DNA of 63,985 nucleotides, counting the filler, from Hyphochytrium catenoides (taxonomy: Eukaryota; Protista; Hyphochytriomycota), in the NCBI GenBank assembly GCA_900088475.1. It is 18 parts of 18 records of this genome, joined end to end, with 100 filler letters (N's around TTAATTAATTAA, not from the genome) between each part and the next. Parts side by side here need not be neighbours in the genome. Positions count along the whole stretch, not along the records: positions 1 to 5,567 come from FLMG01001926.1; positions 5,668 to 10,263 come from FLMG01003724.1; positions 10,364 to 14,980 come from FLMG01000712.1; 15 more parts are not named here. One strand, 5' to 3'. This document shows, in pieces, positions 1 through 12,457 of the stretch. The notes beneath the pieces were generated by a model that worked only from the letters and a program-made list of their open reading frames with translations, ran no database searches and was not told where the DNA came from. The position numbers and the translations under genes were made by a program. How positions within the stretch are numbered: position 1 is the stretch's first letter; every line of letters begins with the position of its first letter.

Positions 1-221
1 CTCTCTCTCTCTCTCTCTTCAATCATCCATCCCCATCGAAGGAAAACATGAGAACGAAGCGAAGGGCAGAGGTGCAGTTTAGCTTTTGGACTTGAGGATT
101 GCTTTACGACCTACTACCAGCCAATGAAGCCTGGCCATCACTTCACTCCTTCCTTCTTCAAGGCATCGCTCTTACTGTCTTCCCTCTTCCTCCACCGCCA
201 GACTTGCACCTTCCATTCTTG

Positions 222-360
222 AAGAGAGATGGAGAGAGAGAGAGAGAGAGTGAGAGTGAGAGAGAGTGCGTGTGTGAGAGAGAGAGAGAGAATGGGAGAG
301 TGTGAGAGAGAGAGAGAGAGAGAGAGGGAGACATGAAGAGAGAGAGAGAGAAACAGAGAG
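222..360 (+). repeat. (GA)n/(GT)n compound microsatellite, representative of many AG/CT tracts in the window
   Basis: Directly visible. Similar tracts fill introns and many contig ends, where the assembly tends to break. Confidence 0.95.
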
Positions 361-2460
361 GAAGGACGAAAGGAATGTACCATGTTCTGCCTTCTATGTC
401 CTTTCCGGTCGGACAGAGTGCTACGACCTTTATTTTCGGTGTTGTATTCCCAAAGCCCTTGCAAACTCGCACAGTTTCGTAAGCTAACGTAATTGTCCTT
501 ACCAATTTCACTGCCTCTTTCTTGACCTCCTATTTTTAAGCCTTAGTATCCACTACTTCCCCTTATTTTTGAAAGTCTATCGGTAATTTCGAAGAGAACC
601 ATCTTAGAGTTAAGGGTTAGAATTTCTAAACAAATGTTAGGGGATCTCATGCCTTGTCCATCACTTCAAAGCAAAGTAACTTTTTGGTGACGACAAGACG
701 GAGAACTCGCAGTACTGAGGCCTATATATCGCAATACTGAGGCCTACATTATACTCTTGACTTGAAGTTGTGGGACTCCACTGAGCAAATAATTCGTTCC
801 TTCAGCCGCTGGCTCTCTTGCACGACAGTTTGGACCACCACCGACCACCGATGAGCCGATGAAGCTCGAGCCCAGTCGTAGTAGCAAGGGCTGAACAAAC
901 AGATCATTGAAGGCTTTTGGCAGTACAATCTGGGCAGAGGAGGAGAAAGGGCTGGAGGGTAGTTGAAGTTCATCATTCAGTCCGTCGTCCAGCAACAACA
1001 AGAAGGCGGGGATTTCATATCTTGGAAGTAGTTTCACGGCCCTCCTCGAGTAGAGAAGCAGTCATCATCATCTGAGGTTGCTTGTCCCCACTTCCCGGAC
1101 AGAGACAGGGAATGTTATGCAAATACGATGAAGAAGAAGTTCCTTCATCAGTATGACTGAAAAGGATCAGGGGCGGACTCAACCTTGTCTCTTTACTATA
1201 AATAGTTTGTTCCAAGGGAAGAAGAGGTGATGGACAGGCTGGCTCCGGGACAGGTAGAGAGAGTAGGCGACGGTGGGCGCTTTGAGATCACATTTGCTTT
1301 CTCAAACAACGGCGGTTGATGACGAGGAGCAAGAGCATGGCGGAGGCGATTGCGGCTGGGCAGGTTGGTTGTTAGGGTGCATGTGGCCAAGTGCTACTTG
1401 TAAGGCATGGTAGGAGCAGCGAAGGGAACTTCTTTGTAGTTCGAATGTTCAACAAAACCGTACACTTGGGCCGAGCGACCGTGATGTTGCCTGGGTTAAA
1501 TGAAGGCGTCGTTACCTCCTATTATTAGTTCTCCATGACGATCATTTGAGCATAAGATGAGGATCAACTACCACGGGACACAGACCTTGGGATGGAGCAC
1601 AGCCCTTGGCCCTATCTACCGCAAGAGGACGAGTAGTCGTGACAGAGAATATACCTGGTCTCCACGAAAAGGACGTCACCTGTCAACTCATAGAGCCGCG
1701 GCTGCTGATGGTGTCTTGCTTGCAAGGGGGAGAACTTAGAGCGTTGTTCAAAGAAAGCTGACAGGCTGTGCGTGGCTTTATTTGTAACAGATTCAGCATT
1801 CTTCTAGACAAGGTTGCTTTGGCTGAAAGGGATTGGCACACTGCTGTCAAGCTGGCGGTCTCGCAAACCTGCCGTAAACTATTGCTTCAAAAGCTGTTGC
1901 CCGTCCTCCGGTTCCATCTCAACAAGCCGTCCGTAGGCATGGACAAAATACTCGTATTACTATATCAGCAGGCTGCTTGCTGCTTGTGCCGCATCCTGGT
2001 CGTGGTTATTGGCCTAGTGCCATAGATCTGATAGAGAGAGAGAGAGAGAGACGAAGATTGCACTGAAACAACTAAGATGAATTATGTTCCCTGCATGTTA
2101 TGCTGGTGTCTTCCTCTGCTGCTAAATTATAATCAACTCTCTCTGTTGCTGGTCATGTCATGTTCGGCCCTTCTTGGGTGGAGGTTGTAGGACACTGAAA
2201 GGCATTCAGTGCTACTCCCTCTGCGAGTCGTCGCGGCTGCGCTTGTGTCATGTTGAAGGGTGTCAGTGATGAAGAGCAGTCTTCCTCCATACCAGAGGTA
2301 GTAGGGTAGTTACATTATTGGAGAAGTTGAACCGTCACGTCAAGAAGTCTGGCCATCAAGGCACTTTATTTCCCACTTCTAGATCTATCTGCCTTCTTCT
2401 GCTGCTGCTTTACGTTTTGTTGCTTCTTTCAGGCCTCAGCGGAGAAGAAAGCGGATCAAG

Positions 2461-2597
2461 CTCACGGCAGGCGGGTAACTGCAGTTCCGTTCTTTGAGAG
2501 AGGCGAGCGAGTAGGAGCAACGAGATGTTGTCAAGCTTGAGCGATGGCCGCATTGATTCAGCACAAACACACGTGGTACTCGCCCACAGGTAGGACA
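2461..2597 (-). pseudogene. Decayed RING-HC finger remnant
   Basis: The minus strand reads HCPTCGRVPRVFVLNQCGH (CxxC...CGH) and, in another frame just downstream, LPACREL, which resembles the CPxCR end of a RING. The middle CxxC is missing and the frame is broken. Confidence 0.35.
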
Positions 2598-5515
2598 GTG
2601 AGTACGCTTCAGAACCTCGTTGGAGTTGATATCGACCTGACAGTGACCAGTAGGTTCCCGGTCTCGACGATACTGTTTCATGTCGGTTGCCTTCAAACAG
2701 TCGTCGCCTCATGTCGTAGCTGTGGTATGTTTGCCTGTACTGCTTGTAAATAATAAGAAAGAGGAGGACTGCTGGCCAGTCTTCTTTCAGAAACCTATGG
2801 GAAACTGACAGCGACCAGTAGTCCATCTTCTTCCCATGTAGAGCTGTTCCCTGTACCCATCATCATTGCCGCTTACGTATCGGAGCTACTTATGATAGTG
2901 TCCTCTAGGCTTTGCCGATAGTGCTCGTACATGGTCTCTACCGGGTATTTGTGGCGACCCTTCCATCTCACAGACCACTACAATTGCTCTGCTGCACTAT
3001 GACCGGCGACAGAGAGTGAGCAGGGCCTGAGGGAGAAAGACGCAACGGCACTATAACCATCTTCCGCCTTTGGTACCCAGAAGTCGTGTTCCCACAAGCA
3101 GTCTCTTCCGAAACTGACGAGGCTTGAATAACGTCTAACTCCCAATCCAAGTCGTGAGTACTGGACAAGTCCCTTAGCACTACTGCCTATACATATCTTG
3201 GGGAGGAGATCTGCTCCCTACTAGCCGCTTGTAGTTCTGAACCTGCGATGGCTTGCTACAAGTACTACAAGCCCCATATAAAGGCTGACTTCAAGTCTAG
3301 TCGTAGCCTACAAAGCAGCTTGTGGCAGCTGCAGTTGTACATTGGTTTTTGACAAGGAAGTTGTTGGTATTGTACAAGGTGATCCCATCATGTCTAATCT
3401 TCCGTCATAGTAATATCAATAGTGAGATGTGCTCCGGCAGAGCGCAGACGTGAATGTTCCTGTACGAAGCACATGCACTTGTACGATTGTGCTATTCCCA
3501 GGATATATACTACCTGTTGAGTCACCTCTATTTATAGTGTCCAGTGTTCAGTAGAACTCATTGTCGGAGACCCGCTTCTTCCTCTTTGTTCTCTAGTCGC
3601 CAGCACTCATCATGTTATCTACTATTATTTCTTTGGCATGTTCTTCTTCTGATGATAGAAGCTTAGCAAGACGCACGGGCTAAAGAAGAAGAAGACGCCT
3701 TACAACCTCTTCTCTCCTGCGTGTGCACACATTTATCTATCAAGCATCACGCTTGCTGTTATATTCTGGAACGGCCATTGACCAGAGCTCCTGCAACGTC
3801 CTTCATCTTCTACTGGTAGCACTACATTATTAGTATTATTATTTAATAGTCCAGCAGCAGCGAAGGTGCCCTCCTCTTTCTCACATGGCGGCAAGAGCAC
3901 ATCAAGATACCACTGTACAGCCTCAAAAACGGTAGTAGAACTACGCATCAGTGTCCTTATCCCATTATTACCAGCCAGTAACCTATTACTCGTGGGATAA
4001 GTACACACTTCCCATGAGAATTCGTAATCTGTGCAGACAGGATTAATAAGTATGGGGAACCACGTATAATTCTGAATATGACCAGATTCGAGTACTTTAC
4101 TTTACCAGAACTACAGTACTGTATTAGTGAAATCTTAGAGGTTTTACTGTAGAACATTTGTTCCCTGCCTATAAGCCGTAACAACGCGTCTTCGTACTCC
4201 ACAACAGTAGTTTAGTGCTAATAATACTCCTAGGGCTTTGGCGTATTGGTGATATCACCACCAGCTCTTCTAAATCTTCCTACTAGTTCTACTGTACTCA
4301 GTTTATTTACAGCCACCGAACGAGCCTGCATTCTTTGACCTGCCTTTAGAAGAGTTCAGACTTCAGAAGACAGCCTCGAGAGTGTGAGAGTCTTTCAGTC
4401 TTATCAGGTTGTTCCGTAGTAAGGATTACTACTCACAAGAAGAGTACTCATTGTCATCAACCGGTCCTGCATTTTCCTTTCTATCCCGTCAGGTCAAGCT
4501 TGAAGCAGGAAGCAAACAACAGCGGAAGCACACACGCTGTTATAGAGCTAGAACTCAAGGATAAGAACGGTTGCGACGCAAGACGCAAGGGCATTCTACT
4601 TTGTGAAGCTACTTATTGTGTCAATATAGCAGCCATAAACGGTGACTATTCTACAGAAGATGGTACTACGCTGGTACTAGCTAGCTAGTAGGCTATACTA
4701 TAATAATAATAAGGAGCACTAGTTCTACTACTACTAGTGTCGTACAGAACAACGGTTATTACACAGCTCCAAGGGCTGGTGTTCGTAAACAGCAGGACAT
4801 ATAAAGAAGAAGCCGTCTGGTAGTAGTAGTTCTATTCCTCTCCTCTCTCCTATCATCATCCTCACTCAATCAGAGCATTTCGACTCTGCTGCACATGCAA
4901 CAGAGGCGCGACGGCATCATTCTTCAAAGGTTGAAGTAAAAAGAAGATAAAGGCCCAACAACAATAGTAAAGTCCGCCAGACGGGGGCATGATAATGGTG
5001 GTATATCTTCTAGCACTTTCCTTCGTCGTCACTCCTCCCAGAGTCCTCTCACTCTCAACAGGCAACAAAAAAAGGAGTTGATTGGAACGACCGAGCAACA
5101 AGTAGTAGCAGCAGCAGCAGCAACTCAAAATTGATCATCTTTCTTAGGCATAGTCGCGGCTCTTCTTCTGACGCTTTGCCAAAGGAAGTGCCAAGCAACG
5201 CGGCACGGCCATTCTACTTTTCACAGACAAAGGGGACACAGCGCCCATGGCAGGGAAGCTTAACGGCCAGAAGTAGTAATATTTCATACAATCCTAACAT
5301 TGCTTAGTAATGCCCTAACACAGCCCAACTTCATGATACAAAAGATGTCTAGGAACTTGAGACAGTCTGGCCGCTATCCCCTAATAATAATAGGAGCGGT
5401 GTGACTGCTGCGTTCTTTAACATGAATAGTTTCCAATAGTTCCTTCTGCAAAGAAAGGCTTTTTGTGGATTATTTTTGTGCCCTTGGCCTTCAGGTCAAG
5501 GGTCTGAAACGCGAA

Positions 5516-5517
<2 letters not shown>

Positions 5518-5554
<37 letters not shown>

Positions 5555-5567
5555 GTGTGTATGTGTG
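5518..5567 (+). repeat. (GT)n microsatellite at contig end
   Basis: Directly visible. Confidence 0.95.
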
Positions 5568-5667
5568 NNNNNNNNNNNNNNNNNNNNNNNNNNNNNNNNN
5601 NNNNNNNNNNNTTAATTAATTAANNNNNNNNNNNNNNNNNNNNNNNNNNNNNNNNNNNNNNNNNNNN
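5568..5667. other. Artificial contig-joining linker (44 N + TTAATTAATTAA + 44 N), first of 17
   Basis: The same 100-bp spacer, carrying stops in all six frames, occurs at 5568-5667, 10264-10363, 14981-15080, 19297-19396, 23898-23997, 26591-26690, 29094-29193, 31593-31692, 36466-36565, 41198-41297, 43941-44040, 45855-45954, 51891-51990, 53027-53126, 56297-56396, 57921-58020 and 62385-62484. Genes are cut off at these points. Confidence 0.99.
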
Positions 5668-5688
5668 TCTTTTCTCTCTCCCGCTCTC

Positions 5689-5720
<32 letters not shown>

Positions 5721-5833
5721 CCTCTCTCTCTCTCTCTGCCAGTCTTTTTCTATTCCTCTTCTCTCTCTGCTTCTATCTCTCCGAATTCTCTTTCTCTCTC
5801 TCCAGTCTCTCTCTCTTTCTCTTTCTCTCTTAC

Positions 5834-6004
5834 ATCATGGTTGAGTGCCGGTTCGAGTCTCCCCGCGGAGAGGGCGGTGATGGTTCTGTTAATATTAAGA
5901 TAGCGGACTTGGTGGTTGGCCTCCTCGTCTCTCTCGTGCGGGCTGTGGATGAAAATCTTGTTTCCCGTCGTCGCTGCTGTGAGAGAAGGATGCTTGCCAT
6001 CGTC

Positions 6005-6067
<63 letters not shown>

Positions 6068-6672
6068 AGGGGGAGAAAGAGAGAGATACATAAAGAGCAA
6101 AGAGAGGAAAGGAAAGGGAGAGACGGGGAAAGAGAGAGAACAGAGAAAGTAGATGATGAGAAAGGGGAGAGAGAGAGAGAGAGGGAGAGAGAGAAAAGAA
6201 AGAGCAGCGAAACCGGTTAAAAAGAGAGAGAGAGGAGATACCAGGTCAGAAGAGAATCACAGAGGGAGGGAGACAGAGAGAGAGGGAGACAGAGAGAGAA
6301 AGAAGATTAGTAAATAGCAAGAGAGAGAGGTAGAAACCGACGAAGGGAGGGACGAGAGGTGAGATGGGATATAGAAGCGGAAGAAGGGATAGAAAGAGAG
6401 AGAGACGAACTGAAGAGAGAGTGAGAGGGAAAGCATAAGAGACACAGCAAGGAAGAGTCACAAAAAGGGAAAGAAGAGAGACATCGAGGAAGAATGGAAG
6501 AGGGAACAACACTTTATTGGAGAAAGGCAGAAATATCCAGGAGAAGAGAGAAAGAGAGGATGATCAAGAGGAGAGAAGAGAGAGTGGCACTTCTCCACTT
6601 ACAGGTCCCGATGCAGGCCAGCTTGGCTGGGATCTCTGTGTCCGTATGGAAGAGAAAGGATGGAGAGAGCAT
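5834..6672 (-). CDS. BBS2: Bardet-Biedl syndrome 2 (BBSome) protein, N-terminal 2 exons, 3' truncated
   Basis: Exon 1 6672-6603 (GTAAGT donor) and exon 2 6003-5834 splice in phase to MLSPSFLFHTDTEIPAKLACIGTYDGKHPSLTAATTGNKIFIHSPH...YLNINRTITALSAGRLEPALNHD. This matches the BBS2 N-terminus pattern (GxYDGxHPxLxxAT..GKVFIHxPH...LNINxxVxxLxAG). Confidence 0.92.
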
Positions 6673-6877
6673 GGCTCCTCTCTTAGTATCCTAGCGTCAG
6701 CAGAGTCTCTCTCTCTTGCTCTATACGCTTTGCCACGTTCTCTCTTGCAAGAAGATTGTGAGGCCTTCCAAGGTCCTCAGGCCTGAGCGTCCGCCGCTAC
6801 GTCGTGACCAAGCTGAGAGATCAAAGAGAGAATGAGTCCATAGTACCAGCAGCAGAAAACAGAAAGAGAAGAGTCGA

Positions 6878-6930
<53 letters not shown>

Positions 6931-7605
6931 TGAGACGAGCTTTGTCTTTCGGTCGCACTCGAAAAGCTACTCGAAACTCGAAAGGTTACACAAAGAATCA
7001 GAACCGGCGAACTAAGAATTTGATTATCAGTATCATACATAGGTAACTTGATCCTCTGACTAAGGTCCATTATTCAGGATGGGAAGCCACTCTTGATGCT
7101 TCTATACCCGCCAACGAGCGCATTATCGCGAATATTGAGTAGCTGACTGCCAAGACGCTAGTTTATATTACTACTCCACCTCATAGCCTTTTATATCAGC
7201 TGGTAGCCTCAGATCTATTATTACATCGGGATGAGTCTGCAGATTCCCTCTGATATTACTACAGAGATTTCGGCTGGCTTGGGATGTACTCTTTCATCGC
7301 CTTTTCTGAAGCTTTTCAGATCCCATTTTCGAAGATTCCAGACTAGAGTTATAGAGGTAAGAGACTTCTTTGATGCTAAGGATAGATGTCGAAACAAGGA
7401 AGATTCTCTTCCTGTATAAAATCTGACTTGCACAGCTGTCGGGAGGGGCGGCTATGATCAAGCGAGAACCTCAGCACGTTCACTTATCAACTCTCCAATT
7501 TTTTGATCTAGGTTGGCTGGAAAAGGTCTCTAACACGTACTCTCTCAGGCCCTGCTGCAGACCATAGATAGCCCTGTTTGACCCTATTTAGTTCACCCAG
7601 CCACA
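6673..7605. promoter_or_regulatory. Putative bidirectional promoter between divergent BBS2 and ATP synthase epsilon
   Basis: The two start codons face away from each other about 930 bp apart within one contig. No specific promoter motif was confirmed. Confidence 0.5.
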
Positions 7606-8246
7606 ATGTCCACTCCGGTCGCCTCTACTTTCTGGAGACAGGCAGGTCTCTCTTATCTGCAGTACGCTAACCGCGCTGCGATGGTCGTTAGAGAGGCTCT
7701 TAAGGAGCCAATGAGAAGTGCTGCAGCCAGCCGAAGCAACGTCTCTTTCGGAGCAAACGTTTGGCAGAATGGCGAGCGCGGTGCTAGAGGTAGAAGTCTT
7801 ACTGCTGCAAAGTCACGAAGTCTTCTCTCCTGAAGTCCCTCAGATTGTGATATTCTCTTTCGCTCTTTCTCTCGCACTTTATTTTTAATCATTCTTCGTC
7901 GTCTTTATTCGTCCAACGATACCTGCTTTCACATCTCGCCAATTTCTCCTGGCGCTATTTCTTTGTTGTCGCACTCTTTTCCGGTCCTCGTCTCCTGCTG
8001 TCTCTCCGCTGCCTACGGGGCTTACGTCCTTCCCTGTCAGTAGCATAGGCTTTCATTTCACTTCTCTCTCTCTCCTCCTATATTTCTCTGCAAATCGGCC
8101 TCCTCGCTCTCATTGGTGCTTTCTCACTCTCTCGTGTCTCTCTCTTGGTTCTCTGCGTCACTCTCAACCTACGCTGTCTTGCCGCTTGCACAGTGGAGGT
8201 AACCAAGCTCTCAGAGACTGTGACCAACTTCCCTAAGAAGTCTTAA
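7606..8246 (+). CDS. ATP5F1E: Mitochondrial F1-ATP synthase subunit epsilon, 78 aa, 2 exons
   Basis: Exon 1 7606-7789, intron 7790-8193 (GT..CAG) and exon 2 8194-8246 give MSTPVASTFWRQAGLSYLQYANRAAMVVREALKEP...WQNGERGARVEVTKLSETVTNFPKKS*. It carries the family signature WRxAGLSYxxY...VRxALKE. Confidence 0.95.
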
Positions 8247-8969
8247 CTTAAGGCATCGATCCGTCCAAGGTTTGCGAAGTCTCTCTGTTTCTCTTCCCTC
8301 TCTCTCTTTCTCCCTCGCGGTGGCGCCTGCGGCTCAAACTCTTCTCTTAATATGGAATACGCATTTGTCTCTTCTCTCTCTCAGCCAGCTGTGTCCTTTC
8401 TTGGAAGTGGAGCTCCCTCGCTTACGTCCTTGACGCTGTAATTTGCTATCCCGCATAACGTCCCTCTCTCTCGCTTTTTGCTCTTTGTAGCTCTCTCTCT
8501 CTCGTACTTCTCCTGCGTTCTGTAGACCCTCTTTCTCTCTCCTTAGTTAACAGTGGCTGTTCTTATGTCCTCCATAGGGTGGGTAGTAGAGCTCAAGATA
8601 TCCCGGGAAGATTGTTTATTTGGAAGTCTTTCCTCTCTTATCCCTCACACCGCTCTTACTGGTAGAAGGCTAACTGGAGAGAGAGGAGAGTGAGAGAGAG
8701 CTTGCCTACCGCTGCGACAAGGTCCAACGGTTAGGGTAAGAGAAAATGATAGGGAAGGGGGAGGAAACAGAGAGATGAAAGAGCCGTGGGTTGGCGCTGT
8801 TACCGTCCGAGCCCTTAAGACATAATGAGAAAACACTGACAACTAAGAGACGTTACGCCTTTTCTTTCTCTTCTGTCGCCCTTTCCCTCTCTCGTTCCCT
8901 CTCACTATCCTTCTTCTCCCTTGTCTAAAGGAATAGGTCTTTCTCACTCCTTCTCTCCTTTCTCTAACG

Positions 8970-9850
8970 TTAGACGATGACTTCCGCTGCGCTCGCTATT
9001 TCTCTTGAGGACAAGACACGCTTTCCTTTCCTGCTGCTCCTGTAGCTCGAAGGCCTCAGACTGAGGGCTGCTAACCGCTGCCTAGGGGCTGAGAGACGTG
9101 GGCTCCTCCGGTCGCGCTCTCTCAATGTGTCAGCTCCTCCTATGAGGTCAGGCAATGCCGAAGACACACGGCAACAGCTCTTGGAAGAAAAGAGAAAGAT
9201 ATCACCATCTCACTGCCAGCTGACAGGAGGGGAGAGAGAGCTTTCACTCTAGTAAGGTGCAGCGCAGCCGCTGCAGATTCAATATATTCTCTCTTCCCTT
9301 TCGTCCCTCCGGTTCCTAGCCTTGCTTCACTCTTCCTGGTCTCCTTCCTTCCATGCATAGCCCCTGCTGGGTTCCCATGGACAACAGCAGCACTGAGCTA
9401 ACAACGGCGAAACGGGCTCACTCTTGGTGCGATACTCTCATTAGCATACATAAGCAAAGAAGGTGAAAACAATAAGGAATAAAACAAAGGTCTCTCTATA
9501 GCAAGCTTAGAGCGTGACGGCAACCGATGGGAAGGAGAAAGGGAGAGCCTCCTATTACTTTGAGAGGAAAGAAAGCTGCTTCCCACTGCTCTATCCTCTT
9601 CTTCTCCTCCTCCCCCTGCAACGTCCTCCTCACTGTGGCCTGGCACCACTGCTGCTGCTGCTGCCCCTTGACTGCTATGTCTGGCTGCTGCTGGTGGGCG
9701 CGCGATGGTAACCCAGCTGTGAGACATTTCCTTCACTTCCTTGGCAGAGGTGCCAATCATCCTGACGCTGTCTGTCCCCAGCTTGAGCTTGAGATCCGCG
9801 GCAGTGGAAGGAAGTTGCCGCTGTTTGCCACCACCGTCTAACCCTTGTGC
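8970..9850 (-). CDS. Probable 3' exons of an unidentified low-complexity protein
   Basis: Several GC-richer open segments follow AG acceptors (AQGLDGGGKQRQLP..., LSAAVVHGNPAG...). I recognise no domain and did not resolve the exon chain. Confidence 0.3.
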
Positions 9851-11247
9851 CTACATTTATTTAGTACAAGAATGGAACAGTCGGAGGGGATGACTGGAGT
9901 GTAGCTTCAGGGGAAGGAGTGGTCTCTGCCTTGTCTTTATTCACTCCAATCGTTCCTATCTCTTTCGCCCTCATTCTCGGTTATTTTACCTTTATCAATC
10001 TCTCTCTGTCTGTCTTACCTCGCCCTCTCTGTCTTGTCACGCTCTTTCTGACTCGTAGATACTCGCTCTTCCGCTTGTCCTTTCCTCTACCCAAACCTAG
10101 GCCCCCTAAACACTTCAAGGCCTAGAGAATGGATATATTCTACCTATAGATGCACCGCTTTGCCAAAGTCTCGGTCCTTTTATTTTCCTCCCTCCCCTCT
10201 CCTCTTCAAGTTCAAGATCAGAGAGACAGTGGAGAGGGGAAGAGAGAGAGAGAGAGACACAGANNNNNNNNNNNNNNNNNNNNNNNNNNNNNNNNNNNNN
10301 NNNNNNNTTAATTAATTAANNNNNNNNNNNNNNNNNNNNNNNNNNNNNNNNNNNNNNNNNNNNAAGGCGGTGGGTGGGGTGGGAAGGGGAAGAGCTCAAG
10401 CTTTGTGGAGCGCTGGGGAGCCAAAGAAAGAAAGGAAGAAAGAAAGAATAAGATGAATGAATCTAGAGAGGCAGCTCATACGATGATTCCCATTCTATTC
10501 CTCGTCCCTTTAGCCTCTGATAAAGTGGCATCATCATCTCTGTCCTTCAGCCTGCTTCTTTCTCTCGCCAGTCTGTCTCTCTCCTCTCTCATTCTTTTCC
10601 ATCCTTCTTTTTCCCAGTCTGTTCCTCTCACTCGTCTTCTTCTGTTTGTTCTACACTCTGCCGGTGGTCTTCCTTACTACTGAACTCTTCACCTTCCTCT
10701 CTCCCTGCTTGGTCCCAGTCGTCGCCTCCGTCCATTCAGCAGGCTCACCCGCCCTCAAGACCTATTACGAAGTTTGAACTTCTGTTCCCGCCTTGGCGAC
10801 CAACAAATCTCCTGTGAGAACATCGAGGAGCCAGTGGTAGAGGATAGAGAGACTGGGATGAAGGAAGGAAACGAGGAGAGAGGAGAGAAAACGGAGAGAG
10901 GAAGATGAAGAAGCGTTAGGGGATGAGGAGGAGGTAAGGGTGCAAAACGGTAGAATCGAAGAAGACTGATCGACAAGAAAGAGATGAATATCTCCAAGCA
11001 AGTGAGTCGACCAAGGACTGAACAGTGAGTACTCGTAGAAGGGCAGGACGGAAGCCGGGAAACAAAAAGAATGCCAAGGCAAGAGCAAGGAAGAGACAGA
11101 GAGAGTGGAGGGAGGAGCAGCAAGTGTCAAGGGTCACATGTAAGGTGACTCTTGTGCACTAGCGCACTCCTATCAGCGCCTCAGTTGCCAACTTTCTTGA
11201 CAACGCCTACCCACAAAAACGATTCTTAGCGCAAAACCCCGTGAACG

Positions 11248-12090
11248 ATGTCTTCAGCAAATCGCGGTTCCGCAGCGGCGTCACTGGCCTCAGTTGCCAA
11301 AGGCTTGGCCAGCCACTATCTTTTCTTTTATTTTCTTTCTACTCTCCTTGTCCTTGAACTGTGCCCGGCGCTGTTTGCCGGACTATTTTACGGCCTTGGC
11401 CAAGGCATTGGGCACGGAATCGGGCTATGTTTAGGTGTTTTTCTATCTATTGGTGTCGGGTTCGGGCTGGGTCTAGGGCTTGGCCTCATCCTAGCCATGG
11501 GCCCAACCCTATCCGTATCCAAGTCCCTATCTATGGGCTCTTCCTGGCTCCATCCGCTGAAGAGTCCACAGGGAGGTATAGACAAGGAGACTAAATTGGC
11601 TCTTTCTTTTCCGCAGGTCGGCTCTCTAAAGAAAATGATGGCGGCATCAGAACTGATGCCGACATCAGAACCGGTGGTGGATCCGTTGGAGGAGGAAGAA
11701 CTCCTGAAGGAGATCGCCGGGGTCCTCCAGGAGCTAGCGGAGGAGGAGGCTGCCGACAGCCTTCTTGGAGAACCAGCGACGGAAAGCGCTAAAGCGCGAG
11801 AGCAGGAACCAGAGGAAGTTCCAGCTCTAAGTGACCTTAGCGAAGATGAGAGGGCCGTGGTGGATATCCTCCTACTGTTAGGAGCATCCTCAGATTCTCC
11901 GCCAGCGACAGACGCTAACAAAGAGAGCGAGGAGGACGAACTGGCGTTCCTGGCGTCGGTCACCGAGGATGAGTGGAGCCAGCTTTTGGCTGGTCTGGAC
12001 AAAGGCCCGGCTGTGACACTTTCACAGACTGCTGTCGAAAAACCCGTCAGGCGGAGCGCAAGGCTCGCGACCAAATCGCGTAGCCTTTAG
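11248..12090 (+). CDS. Intronless 280-aa hypothetical protein: hydrophobic glycine-zipper N-region, acidic middle, basic RRSARL C-tail
   Basis: Clean ATG-to-TAG ORF with no microsatellite. It has a GxxxG-rich hydrophobic stretch (GLFYGLGQGIGHGIGLCLGVFLSIGVGFGLGLGLGLIL), an E/D-rich middle, and ends PVRRSARLATKSRSL. Confidence 0.7.
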   Translation: MSSANRGSAAASLASVAKGLASHYLFFYFLSTLLVLELCPALFAGLFYGLGQGIGHGIGLCLGVFLSIGVGFGLGLGLGLILAMGPTLSVSKSLSMGSSWLHPLKSPQGGIDKETKLALSFPQVGSLKKMMAASELMPTSEPVVDPLEEEELLKEIAGVLQELAEEEAADSLLGEPATESAKAREQEPEEVPALSDLSEDERAVVDILLLLGASSDSPPATDANKESEEDELAFLASVTEDEWSQLLAGLDKGPAVTLSQTAVEKPVRRSARLATKSRSL

Positions 12091-12406
12091 CTGTCACTTG
12101 CCAGTTGACGGCGTGAAGATGTAACGAGGTTCTCTAACGACATTGACTTCCACTCTAGAGCGTTTTTTGTTGGCTGAACTCCTCTTGTTTGAGCATTGCT
12201 GACTTTGAGTATTGCCTCCCTGGTCTTGTATGGCCGCGCACTAACGCTAACCTAACCGGGCGGGAGGAAGAGATGGCGGGTTGGGAGAGAGAGATACGGG
12301 GGTTGAAAGTAGAGGCCACCAATGATTGAAGCTTGAAATGGTTTGGCGCTTACTTACCTGTTTAACATTTATTGCCCTTTTGCAGCCCTTCTTCAGGTAA
12401 GTGGCC

Positions 12407-12457
12407 AGGTGAGTGGCACATTCTCTGGAGCTTTTCAAGAGAATGTGCCACTCACCT
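12407..12457. repeat. Perfect 20-bp inverted repeat with 11-nt loop, followed by TTTTT
   Basis: AGGTGAGTGGCACATTCTCT (12407-12426) pairs with AGAGAATGTGCCACTCACCT (12438-12457). A T5 run follows at 12462-12466. Confidence 0.9.

Noticed and set aside
707-750. Two-copy 22-bp tandem repeat (TCGCARTACTGAGGCCTA...)
   Set aside because: Only two units with no spacer; an ordinary local duplication.
11388-12074. 228-aa antisense ORF overlapping the 280-aa ORF
   Set aside because: It is a Ser-rich mirror of the Glu/Asp codons on the sense strand and has no independent features.
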